Source: a bacterium (GTDB lineage: Bacteria; Patescibacteriota; JACMRA01). Taken from it: DNA of 41,776 nucleotides. The notes beneath the pieces are model-generated. The model made no database searches. It was not told where the DNA came from and saw only the letters and a program-made list of their open reading frames with translations. The DNA is taken from contig JAYWFX010000005.1 in the NCBI GenBank assembly GCA_043778575.1, positions 1 to 41,776 of the forward strand, given 5' to 3'. This document shows positions 27,751-35,954 of this stretch, piece after piece. Position 1 is the first letter of the stretch; every line of letters begins with the position of its first letter. The position numbers and the translations under genes are program-made.

Positions 27751-30700
27751 ATGGCACTAATACACAACAAAAGATATGAAATCAAAAATGGGGAAAAGCG
27801 TTCTAGTGGTAATTCTAGGTCTAGTACTGGTTTCGGATCTGCACGAGGTGCCAACGAAATGAGCGAAGAGGACAAAGACGAACTACTAAACGATCCCTTG
27901 AACGATCCAAGAAAAGCAGTTTTTCAAGTAAACACATTAAACGGTGGGGTCAAACTGCCTTCACTCAAAAGTAAAAAAGGAAAAAAACAACTGAAAGAGG
28001 AGGATCCCACAATACAGCGAAAACGAGCGATATATAAAGCAGACTCAACTTTAATCTTAGACAAAAGAGAAGGGGAACTTCGAGCTGAAAAAGACTTTTA
28101 CCAAAAACTGGCTGATGGCACTGGAAACCCTCTCAGCGAGGAGGACACCCTGAAAACCGCAGGTAGAGTAGCCCAAATCGATAAAAAATTATCTAAAATC
28201 ACACAAGCTGAGGCTGTACTAGATGAGTCTAAGGTGGAGCGTGACAACAGATCCAGAGACACCGCATTGATAAACATGAGGTCTAGGCTGGTCGGAGTAG
28301 TAAATGCCCTAGAAATAGCAAAGAAAGAACTAGAAAATGAGATTGGTAAACAGATTAGAACTATTAGGGAGTTAAAATCTCAACTCAGCGAAGAGACAAA
28401 TATAAAAGCCAAAAACAGGATTCAAGCTAGAATTAACGCTGCGATCAATAGAAAGGCAGACATGGAGGAGGTGTACAGGCAGATTTGCGTAGCTGCTAAC
28501 CTAAAAAACCAAGCCCTCATCGATGGGTCTACTCTGGAGGCAACAATCGCCCAAGCAAAAGCCCGAGCACTAGAAATCAATCGAGAGATAGCCAGTACAT
28601 TTGATACCAGTTTAGAGGGTGATAGAAACAAACTCGAGGCGCTCATCGATAGCTCAGTCAAAACATTAGCCGATCTCTACACAAAAGCTCTACTGATACC
28701 GATCCCCCAGAATCTACCCCAAGCATCCCTAGAAACCAGAAAGGGGCTGAACAGTGCAAACAAATTCGCAGATGCCATCAAGGACACAATCAAGCGAAAC
28801 GTAGCCATCATCATAGCCCAGATGATGCTGGTGGTCATAACGGTAATATCTATCTTTGGTCTGATATACGCAATCTACTGTAAACCACTTCACCCCTTTG
28901 ATTATGCTCTGGATGCAGCCCAGTTTGCCGCAAATCCAGTAGGCGGGGTCATAGAAACGATTAGAAAAGGAGGGTACGAGTCGCCACTGAGAAAACTCAT
29001 GCAAAGCATAAAAGGCTGCAACGCAGGTCTATGCTCAACGAGCGGTGCAACGGCTACAGGAGATGGAAGCAAAGACACTGGCTCTGGCTCTGGTAGTAAG
29101 TGCCTTGCAGCAGGTAGAAGCGGGGAGGCAGCTAATCCTGAAATGCGAGCGCTGGCTAGGGCGTATAGTGAATTAGAGTCAGGGGGTAACTATACAATTG
29201 TAAATGAAGAGGATTGTTATGGGCGTTATCAATGGTGTTATTTCTCTAGGAACAATGAAGGAAATGCAGGGGCTTGGGGTTCGAGTGGTTTTACTAAATC
29301 GCCAAGAGAAGCAACATATGAGGAGCAAGATATTGCTTTTATTAAAGCATACAAGAGCCTATATCCTGCCTACTCAAACGGTGGAGATATATCTAAAGAA
29401 CTTGCTGCTGCTGGCACTGATACTGCAAAGCTCGTGCCAATATTAAACAATATGTGTAGCCAATGGTCAGTTGGCTGTGGTGCTGGTACTAAATACGAAG
29501 CTCAAGGAAATCAGAAAAGCCTTATTTCTAAATACGCAGCTGCTCTGGTCGAGGAAAAATCTGGAAAATGTGGTTCATCAACTGGAGCTCCAGATTTACA
29601 AAATGATAAAGTAAAAAATGCCTCGGTAGAAAATAAAAATCTATCAAACTACTCTTATTTGGAGAGCTTGTGGGGTGGTGTAGCTGTAGATGCATTTTCA
29701 ACTAGAGGCCCAGTGATAGATGAGAAGAAGAACCACATCGTGAGCCAAGAATTAAAAACTGCAATTACCTCAGGTAAACTTCAAACTGCTTTGAGTGGTC
29801 AATCAGATTTTCTTAAAGATGTAGATAATGGCTTAGACCCAGCGGTTGTAAATTTTTTGCTCAATTATGCGGCACCAAATGGAGCAGTTTTGACAGCACT
29901 CTCGACAGAAACACATAGATATAGGGTTGGAGATGTACCTGAGGGTGCTATCAGTAGGCATAGTTATGGTGAGGCCGCTGATTTTAACTTACAATATGAT
30001 ACTCCAACAGCTACCAAGTTGGTAAAAATGGTAAAAGATGCTCAGGCAAATGGTTTTAGTATTTCTCAGTGGGGTGCTGATACTGGCAATAAAGCCGTAA
30101 TGGATGCCGCTGGAATGCCGAATATACCATATACGCCAGATGGTGAGGGACATTTGCACTTGGTATTTGGAGCTGGTGGATCAGGTTCAAGCACTCCTTC
30201 ATCAGGAAATTGTCCGGGTGATCAGTGCGGAGGTGCAGCTTCGAGTCAACCTGCAAATGTTGATAAAACATTTTTGACTGAGCCAGCTGATAAGTTTCTG
30301 TTGAAGTCGCCAAAAGTCGCCATGATTCACTACACAGCGACTGGGGATAAGCTTTCAGGGAAGGAGCAAGCTGAAGCATTCAAAAAACTTGCACAAACGA
30401 GTGATTCATCTGGCTATGTTCATTATTTGATAGATAAAGACGGCACCAACTATCAGATTGTAGATGAAAAGTATTATACTGCTGGGGTAGGTGGAAAGTG
30501 GAGTGGTTTATTTGAAACAGGTGAAAGTAACAAACGAATTTCAGATCCTCAAAAAGAAAAGGAGAATGGTGTCAACTATCATGCTGTTCAATATGAGGTA
30601 CACTATACTCCACAGGATAGTCTTAATCCGTCAGAAACTATATCTGATGCCCAGCTTAAAAGTCTCGCATCGCTGATAACATCTTCAGGTTTTACAGCTG

Positions 30701-32034
30701 ATCAAGTGTATACTCACTGGGGTGTTTTGCCAGAGGGTAGGCATGATGCCGATGATTGGATCAGGATAGATGGGACAGTCACAAAGTCTCTCATAAATTT
30801 TGTAAAATATGCTGGTTGGGCTTCGGACGATGCAGGGGCAGAAAAAATTGGAAAAAAGATTCTATACAATAACACTACTAATGCTCTAAAAGTTTATGCT
30901 GATCCTCAAATAATCAATGAAAGATTTACCTCACCAAAGTCTATGCTTGAGGCATCTAAAGAAAAACTAGGTAGTGGTAAAACAGCTACTACTGAAGAAG
31001 GTGTCTCGAAATCAAGTCAATTTGCTCTCAACTCATTGTGGAATAGTATTAAAGTGGATGCACAATCTTCTGGTGTAAATGTCTCTGGGAAAGAACTTTT
31101 GAAAAAGATGGCGGATATAGTCGAGCGTCATGAGGGTTATGGCGCTGATCCAAACAATATTCCAACCAGCTTTAAGAATCCAGGCGATCTTCAGTATGAT
31201 GGTATAATCGCCAAAAAATTCCCAACCGCCACTAAAGATGCAAAAACTGGTTTCGCAAAATTTCAGAACTATGCAGATGGTCGAGCCGCTTTGGAGGATT
31301 ATCTAGTAGATATTTTAGTAAACACACCAGGCCCGTATCAGGGATCTAAAACTTTTGGAGATGTAATGGGTCATTATGCGCCGCCTAGCGAAAATGATAC
31401 TTCTAATTATATTAAGCAGTTTGCATCTCTTGGGATAACTGCAGATACGCCACTGAGTGAAATTAAAAGTAAATTAGGTGGTGTTACTTCGTCAGGTAGT
31501 GCTTCGTCACCGTCTCCTTCTGGAAGTGTGTGTTCTATTTTAGGAAGTACCTCACTTTTAGAAGTAGCAAAAAAATATGCTTCAGGAAAACCAGCTAGAG
31601 GAGTTTGCTTTAGTAAAGTTGCTGATTATATTGATGAGGTAGGGTTTGGAAAAATTGGAGGTAAAAGTCAACCTAATGTAGCTTCAACCATGAGTGCAGC
31701 TGGATTTTCTACAGGCGAAGCAAGAAATTTTGCAGAATTTTTAAATGCCAATGGAAATGCAGCAAAATATGGGATTAGAAACTTGTTGGATACAAATAAA
31801 AATATGAGTCCATATGATGCTCCTGCTGGTTCAATTGTGGTTGTTTCTGCAGGGTCACCTGGTACAAGCCACCCAACTGCGGGTGATATAACCGTACGAG
31901 GTACTACTTTTGCAGATGGAGTTCCCGCGTTTTATAATGATGGTGAGATGGGTTACAACGGTGCCGATAAGTGGAATGGAAGCACAGCTAAAAATGGTGT
32001 AGGTAAAGTATTGGGGATTTACGTTCCAATTTAA
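27751..32034 (+). CDS. Giant single-pass membrane protein with multiple peptidoglycan-hydrolase modules
   Basis: Residues 1-349 are basic and coiled-coil, and KDTIKRN precedes the TM helix, so the N-terminus is predicted cytoplasmic. The TM helix is aa 350-376, VAIIIAQMMLVVITVISIFGLIYAIYC. Residues ~455-545, YSELESGGNYTIVNEEDCYGRYQW, are lysozyme/transglycosylase-like. Residues ~690-806 carry SRHSYGEAADF (SxHxxGxAxD) plus GEGHLHL, the LAS/M15 zinc peptidase pattern. Residues ~852-1005 carry AMIHYTATG, VHYLIDKDGTNYQIV, VNYHAVQYEV and YTHWG...HDADDW, the Amidase_2 pattern. Residues ~1112-1215, VERHEGYG...FKNPGDLQYDG...GFAKFQNYADGRAALEDY, form an unassigned module. Residues ~1255-1427 carry RGVCFSKVADYI and GSIVVVSAGSPGTSHPTAGDITV, a CHAP/NlpC-like Cys/His pattern. 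Confidence 0.8.
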   Translation: MALIHNKRYEIKNGEKRSSGNSRSSTGFGSARGANEMSEEDKDELLNDPLNDPRKAVFQVNTLNGGVKLPSLKSKKGKKQLKEEDPTIQRKRAIYKADSTLILDKREGELRAEKDFYQKLADGTGNPLSEEDTLKTAGRVAQIDKKLSKITQAEAVLDESKVERDNRSRDTALINMRSRLVGVVNALEIAKKELENEIGKQIRTIRELKSQLSEETNIKAKNRIQARINAAINRKADMEEVYRQICVAANLKNQALIDGSTLEATIAQAKARALEINREIASTFDTSLEGDRNKLEALIDSSVKTLADLYTKALLIPIPQNLPQASLETRKGLNSANKFADAIKDTIKRNVAIIIAQMMLVVITVISIFGLIYAIYCKPLHPFDYALDAAQFAANPVGGVIETIRKGGYESPLRKLMQSIKGCNAGLCSTSGATATGDGSKDTGSGSGSKCLAAGRSGEAANPEMRALARAYSELESGGNYTIVNEEDCYGRYQWCYFSRNNEGNAGAWGSSGFTKSPREATYEEQDIAFIKAYKSLYPAYSNGGDISKELAAAGTDTAKLVPILNNMCSQWSVGCGAGTKYEAQGNQKSLISKYAAALVEEKSGKCGSSTGAPDLQNDKVKNASVENKNLSNYSYLESLWGGVAVDAFSTRGPVIDEKKNHIVSQELKTAITSGKLQTALSGQSDFLKDVDNGLDPAVVNFLLNYAAPNGAVLTALSTETHRYRVGDVPEGAISRHSYGEAADFNLQYDTPTATKLVKMVKDAQANGFSISQWGADTGNKAVMDAAGMPNIPYTPDGEGHLHLVFGAGGSGSSTPSSGNCPGDQCGGAASSQPANVDKTFLTEPADKFLLKSPKVAMIHYTATGDKLSGKEQAEAFKKLAQTSDSSGYVHYLIDKDGTNYQIVDEKYYTAGVGGKWSGLFETGESNKRISDPQKEKENGVNYHAVQYEVHYTPQDSLNPSETISDAQLKSLASLITSSGFTADQVYTHWGVLPEGRHDADDWIRIDGTVTKSLINFVKYAGWASDDAGAEKIGKKILYNNTTNALKVYADPQIINERFTSPKSMLEASKEKLGSGKTATTEEGVSKSSQFALNSLWNSIKVDAQSSGVNVSGKELLKKMADIVERHEGYGADPNNIPTSFKNPGDLQYDGIIAKKFPTATKDAKTGFAKFQNYADGRAALEDYLVDILVNTPGPYQGSKTFGDVMGHYAPPSENDTSNYIKQFASLGITADTPLSEIKSKLGGVTSSGSASSPSPSGSVCSILGSTSLLEVAKKYASGKPARGVCFSKVADYIDEVGFGKIGGKSQPNVASTMSAAGFSTGEARNFAEFLNANGNAAKYGIRNLLDTNKNMSPYDAPAGSIVVVSAGSPGTSHPTAGDITVRGTTFADGVPAFYNDGEMGYNGADKWNGSTAKNGVGKVLGIYVPI

Positions 32035-32039
32035 ATTTT

Positions 32040-32681
32040 ATGACTTTGAAAAAAATATATATAGTATTTGGAGTTTTGATTTTTTGTCTACTTATCTTGG
32101 TTGTTTCACTTTACATTCGTCTCACACAACAAAAAGAGAATTTATCAGAAAAAAAAGATTTAATTGTTAATCAAGTAATTCCTGATAGTGGTAAAGCAAA
32201 AAATCCAAATCTACAAACTGAAATAGCCCCTAACATAAATACAATACCACCAGAAACTAACGTGATAGATCAGACAGTGATTATTAAAAGTTTAATTAGT
32301 GATAATGTTTCAAAAGACATAAACGGCGTAAACACTAAGTTAAGGTACGGTTTTTTTTATAAAAATACTAAAAAATGGCTGAGTATCCAAACATTTAGCG
32401 ATGGCGGAAGATATTTATTTATCTCAGATGAGAATTTTGAAGGTATTGAGAGAATACCCATACTAATGGATTATTTCATAGATGCTGAGAATTTGACAAT
32501 ACTATCTGATAGTAAAGTTACGTTTTTTGCTAAAAAAGGAAATGGACTACTCAAACCACAGAAATTTATTTTAGACATGAGTTTGTATTTAGATAAAAAA
32601 GTAAACTATCTGAGTTTAGACGACGATGCTAATGTGTCTCAGCGTAGACCAACAGCTGCAGAGGTTGAATCAGCTCCTTAG
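32040..32681 (+). CDS. Hypothetical N-terminally membrane-anchored protein (213 aa), operon partner of the giant hydrolase
   Basis: It starts 5 nt after the stop of the giant gene. The TM helix is IYIVFGVLIFCLLILVVSLYI, followed by a Pro/Asn linker and a beta-rich ~130-aa ectodomain. I recognise no family. Confidence 0.6.
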   Translation: MTLKKIYIVFGVLIFCLLILVVSLYIRLTQQKENLSEKKDLIVNQVIPDSGKAKNPNLQTEIAPNINTIPPETNVIDQTVIIKSLISDNVSKDINGVNTKLRYGFFYKNTKKWLSIQTFSDGGRYLFISDENFEGIERIPILMDYFIDAENLTILSDSKVTFFAKKGNGLLKPQKFILDMSLYLDKKVNYLSLDDDANVSQRRPTAAEVESAP

Positions 32682-32701
32682 ATAGTTCTGTCCTATTCCC
32701 T

Positions 32702-33241
32702 ATGACTCCAAATAAACACCTTATTTCTTTGATCTTGACTATCACTATGGTGTGTTTGCTGGTGCTGAGTATTGGTTTTGGGATTGATTATCAACGCGCT
32801 CATAGCCAGCAGGATGTGGATGTGATCCCTGAGGGCTACGATCTCGACAGTAGTCTAAAAAATCTCAGGTTTGATCAGCTCCTCAACGGTCTCAATAATA
32901 GCGTCGATAACTGCTCGTTGTTTTCAGGTAGTTTGTTGGTCAAATTTTCGGATGGCAGTTGTCTATTTGAGTTTTATGATCTTAGTGGATCTGACAAGAA
33001 TTTCTTGGAGTACCAAAACCCACAAACCAAAGATCTGGCAAAGACTGAGCAGAAACTCTTTTTTTTATCAAAGGAGAGTGGTCAATATGTGTATCTCAAT
33101 AGATCGAATCGAAACCTCACCACCATAACAAACGCCAAAGAAGTCTTTGAAAACGGGAAATCTATGATCGAGTTCACAGAGTCGGGTAGGAGGGTTCGAG
33201 GTGAGCCAATGCTGGTAAACATGAGAGAGGTGCAAATGTAA
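32702..33241 (+). CDS. Hypothetical N-terminally membrane-anchored protein (179 aa), third gene of the operon
   Basis: It starts 20 nt after the previous stop. The TM helix is LISLILTITMVCLLVLSIGFGI, followed by a ~140-aa ectodomain. I recognise no family. Confidence 0.6.
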   Translation: MTPNKHLISLILTITMVCLLVLSIGFGIDYQRAHSQQDVDVIPEGYDLDSSLKNLRFDQLLNGLNNSVDNCSLFSGSLLVKFSDGSCLFEFYDLSGSDKNFLEYQNPQTKDLAKTEQKLFFLSKESGQYVYLNRSNRNLTTITNAKEVFENGKSMIEFTESGRRVRGEPMLVNMREVQM

Positions 33242-33283
33242 ATCAGAATCGTAACCCAAATTCAAACCTAAACTCAACATGTC

Positions 33284-33306
33284 ATACTGAGTTTATTTCA
33301 GTATTT
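33284..33306 (+). terminator. Hairpin plus short T-run after the three-gene operon
   Basis: ATACTGA (33284-33290) / TCAGTAT (33298-33304), a perfect 7-bp stem with a 7-nt loop, followed by TT. Confidence 0.45.
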
Positions 33307-33315
33307 GGAGGTTAG

Positions 33316-33377
33316 ATCCTGAAGCGAGTTCAGGATGATAGTGTGAGTTTATGATGATGTAGTAAATTCAGGATGAT
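33316..33377. repeat. Perfect 8-bp hairpin overlapping three direct repeats (TTCAGGATGAT / TTTATGATGAT / TTCAGGATGAT)
   Basis: ATCCTGAA (33316-33323) / TTCAGGAT (33329-33336) with a 5-nt loop. Direct repeat copies start at 33329, 33349 and 33367, a spacing of about 18-20 nt. The region lies between convergent genes. Confidence 0.6.
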
Positions 33378-33419
33378 GTAATAATTCAATTTACACTTAG
33401 GTAAAATAATTCCTAATTC

Positions 33420-34220
33420 TTAGAGCATCTTTTGGATTCTGCTGTTTGATTTTATGATTGGAGTCAGGGATACGTTTCCTGATATATTGTGCTCGATGTA
33501 GTAGCTAAATGGGTTGTCGAGGTCTTTGATCAAAAAAATCATATAGATGAGTATAAAGCTGACAAACCCTGTAAACACCATATTTTCCACTAAAAACTGA
33601 CTGATCTCCGTAAATAGCATGCCGATAATCAAAAGGGTGGTAATAATCTCCGCCACAGCGTATCCAGTGCCCAAAAAATCTGTTTCTCGAATGGTATTTA
33701 TCCTGTTTACCATCTTTCTGATGCTTGATTGTTCGTTTTTGAGTCGGGTGAGAGATGGAGGCTGGGTGATTCCCTCCAATTTGTAGAAATACTCATCTAA
33801 ACTGCTGATGTCTTGCATCAGGTTTTCTGTTCTGTACCGCTTATGAAACCACTGTAAAATATTTTCATTGAGTTTGGAGATAGTGGACAGGTATTTATTT
33901 GCCAGTTCTCCATGACCACCGTACTGCAAAATCCTACCCTCGTCAGCTAAACTTTCCAGACTGCAGGCTAGATCGCTAGGTAGTTTTTCACTTTCTTTGT
34001 AGTCACTGAGCACCCCAGAGATGAGAAAACCAATGATAAAGATATTTGCAGAGATGAGAGCAGTAAATAGGCTATTGAGCACGATTCGATCAAGATTCAG
34101 AACAAACATGATGTATTTGAGTCCGATTATGACTATCACCAGAGGTAAAATCTTGAGTGAAATTGACCAGCGTTGGTGCACATTGAGGAATCGTATAAGT
34201 TTTTTTGGATAGATTTTCAT
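33420..34220 (-). CDS. Four-TM membrane protein, bestrophin/UPF0187- or DUF4239-like
   Basis: Two TM helices, a ~110-aa helical soluble segment, then two more TM helices, ending in IKDLDNPF, which resembles the bestrophin-family 'D.PF' region. Confidence 0.35.
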   Translation of the reverse strand: MKIYPKKLIRFLNVHQRWSISLKILPLVIVIIGLKYIMFVLNLDRIVLNSLFTALISANIFIIGFLISGVLSDYKESEKLPSDLACSLESLADEGRILQYGGHGELANKYLSTISKLNENILQWFHKRYRTENLMQDISSLDEYFYKLEGITQPPSLTRLKNEQSSIRKMVNRINTIRETDFLGTGYAVAEIITTLLIIGMLFTEISQFLVENMVFTGFVSFILIYMIFLIKDLDNPFSYYIEHNISGNVSLTPIIKSNSRIQKML

Positions 34221-34334
34221 ATTGTAATCTAAAAGTTTTTCTACTCATTGTAGTCAATAACTCAGCCAACTATTTATCGATATACAGAGATTTTTGCTAC
34301 TTGCCAGAAAGATGTGATCAAGTAAAAATATATC

Positions 34335-34754
34335 ATGTCCAAACAAGTTTATATCAACCTACCAGTCAAAGATTTAGCTAAAGCCACAGAGTTTTATTCT
34401 GCGCTTGGTTTCACAAAGAACGCTGGTTGGAGCAATGAATTCGCTTCGGCTATGGTTTTTTCAGAGCATATTTATATCATGTTGTTGACCCACGAATTCT
34501 ATTATCGATTCACTACTAAAACTATCCCAGATCTGACCAAAACCTCTTCAGCCTTTATAGCACTTAGTATGGATTCACGAGAGGCTGTCCAACAGTTTGC
34601 GGATATTGCTCAAGCTCATGGTGGAAGTTATTTTCAAGCCGAACCAAACAAAGGATTAGATTTTATGTTTGGACTAGAGGTTACTGATCTGGACGGTCAC
34701 ACACTTGAGCCATTTTTTATGGATTTGAGCAAGTTACCAACAGATATGAAATAG
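34335..34754 (+). CDS. VOC (glyoxalase/bleomycin-resistance fold) family protein
   Basis: YINLPVKDLAKATEFYSALGF ... FGLEVTDLDGHTLEPFFM. Confidence 0.8.
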   Translation: MSKQVYINLPVKDLAKATEFYSALGFTKNAGWSNEFASAMVFSEHIYIMLLTHEFYYRFTTKTIPDLTKTSSAFIALSMDSREAVQQFADIAQAHGGSYFQAEPNKGLDFMFGLEVTDLDGHTLEPFFMDLSKLPTDMK

Positions 34755-34778
34755 CCAAGTACAATTTTCCTTCATTTT

Positions 34779-34973
34779 ATGAAAAGCAAAGAAAAAAACA
34801 TCAATTTAATGATAACAATCATATATTCACTAGTTGCACTGATTTATTTTGCAAATGCAGCATACTCGTATTTTTACAAAATTGAAGGTGAGGTCGTGAT
34901 AAACACAGCCCTTGGAATAATGTTCCTAAGTCTTGGATTGGTCTATAAACTGCCGAATAACGATAAAAAATAA
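34779..34973 (+). CDS. Small hypothetical two-TM protein (64 aa)
   Basis: The ORF encodes two hydrophobic helices. There is no other support. Confidence 0.35.
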   Translation: MKSKEKNINLMITIIYSLVALIYFANAAYSYFYKIEGEVVINTALGIMFLSLGLVYKLPNNDKK

Positions 34974-35493
34974 ATTAACTACTACATTGACTCAATTCAC
35001 CAAAGAAAACTTTTATACTGAACAAATCAATGAGCTGACACTCGCAGAGGCTTTCAAAATTCACTACGAAATCAATCCGCAGTTTACGCCTTGGTATAAT
35101 TGCAAATCAGAAATCCTGCAGAAAATGATGCGATCGCATAACATAAGTCATATTATTTATGGCTGCAATACGAGTCTGTTAGGCGAAATGCAAGTGCAAT
35201 TTTGGAATCAGTTCGGATCTTTTGTACCGAAAACCTGGGCAGATATCAAAAAAGCATTTGCCGACAAAGAAACTAGACAAATAATTACCCCAACGGGTCT
35301 GATCCCATTTTTTCTGACACATATTTCAGAGATCTTTAGAGTAAAAAAACAAACTAAACTTATGACTAAAAAATGGGTTTTCTTTGACGAGGAAAAATAT
35401 ATGAATATAATTGTAGGCGAAATTCGAAGTGAATATAATATCAAGATTCTCAACCCAGAATCAAATCCAGAATTAAGTATAGCAACAAAATAA
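34933..35493 (+). CDS. Hypothetical protein, start uncertain
   Basis: The reading frame is open and ends at 35493. The TTG at 34933 overlaps the previous ORF. Other candidate starts are the TTG at 34987 and the ATG at 35122. I recognise no family. Confidence 0.45.
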   Translation: MDWSINCRITIKNKLTTTLTQFTKENFYTEQINELTLAEAFKIHYEINPQFTPWYNCKSEILQKMMRSHNISHIIYGCNTSLLGEMQVQFWNQFGSFVPKTWADIKKAFADKETRQIITPTGLIPFFLTHISEIFRVKKQTKLMTKKWVFFDEEKYMNIIVGEIRSEYNIKILNPESNPELSIATK

Positions 35494-35498
35494 ATTTT

Positions 35499-35954
35499 AT
35501 GCCAACTATCACGCCTTTTCTCTGGTTCGACAATAATGCTCAAGAAGCCGCTGTATTCTATACTTCTATTTTTCCAGATTCCCAACTCATAACTGACTCT
35601 TCTTTTATTTGCGAAATCGAACTCCAAGGTACTAAATTTTCACTCCTAAACGGTGGAGCCTACGATAAATTCAACGATGCGATCAGCTGGGTAATCAGCA
35701 CCAAAGACCAAGCTGAAACAGATTATTTTTGGGACAAACTCCTAAGTGATGGAGGAAAAGCTAAACAGTGCGGCTGGCTCACAGATAAATTTGGAATGAC
35801 ATGGCAAGTAGTCCCAAAACGGCTTGTAGAACTCATGACCGATGAAGACCCTGTAAAAGCTGGAAAAGTCCGAAAAGCTATGATGAAAATGATTAAAATC
35901 GATATTGCTGGGCTAGAGGAGGTGTATCAGAGCCAAACAATTGACGAAATTTAA
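35499..35954 (+). CDS. PhnB-like / 3-demethylubiquinone-9 3-methyltransferase-domain (VOC superfamily) protein
   Basis: MPTITPFLWFDNNAQEAAVFYTSIFPDS ... CGWLTDKFGMTWQVVP. Confidence 0.85.
   Translation: MPTITPFLWFDNNAQEAAVFYTSIFPDSQLITDSSFICEIELQGTKFSLLNGGAYDKFNDAISWVISTKDQAETDYFWDKLLSDGGKAKQCGWLTDKFGMTWQVVPKRLVELMTDEDPVKAGKVRKAMMKMIKIDIAGLEEVYQSQTIDEI

Noticed and set aside
23474-30676. Numerous 60-107-aa ORFs antisense to or nested in fusA, the Q/N-rich gene and the giant gene (e.g. 24338-24556, 25132-25446, 26816-27061, 28422-28661, 30056-30379)
   Set aside because: All are embedded in long ORFs with clear protein signatures. Their compositions are what antisense translation of those genes would produce.
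27751-32034. Giant protein as a phage tape-measure protein or a conjugative-element hydrolase (CwlT/PrgK-like)
   Set aside because: Coiled coils plus lytic domains do occur in tape-measure proteins, and TM plus two hydrolase domains occur in conjugation hydrolases. However, I found no capsid, tail, terminase, portal, VirB4, VirD4, relaxase or integrase gene within 25 kb upstream or 9 kb downstream. The neighbours are fusA, gpmI and trpS. The possibility is kept only as a refutation test.
33316-33336. Hairpin ATCCTGAA-GCGAG-TTCAGGAT as an SRP (4.5S) RNA apical stem
   Set aside because: It lacks the GNRA tetraloop and the conserved symmetric and asymmetric loop sequence (GGAA/AGCA) of SRP RNA domain IV, and there is no extended flanking helix.
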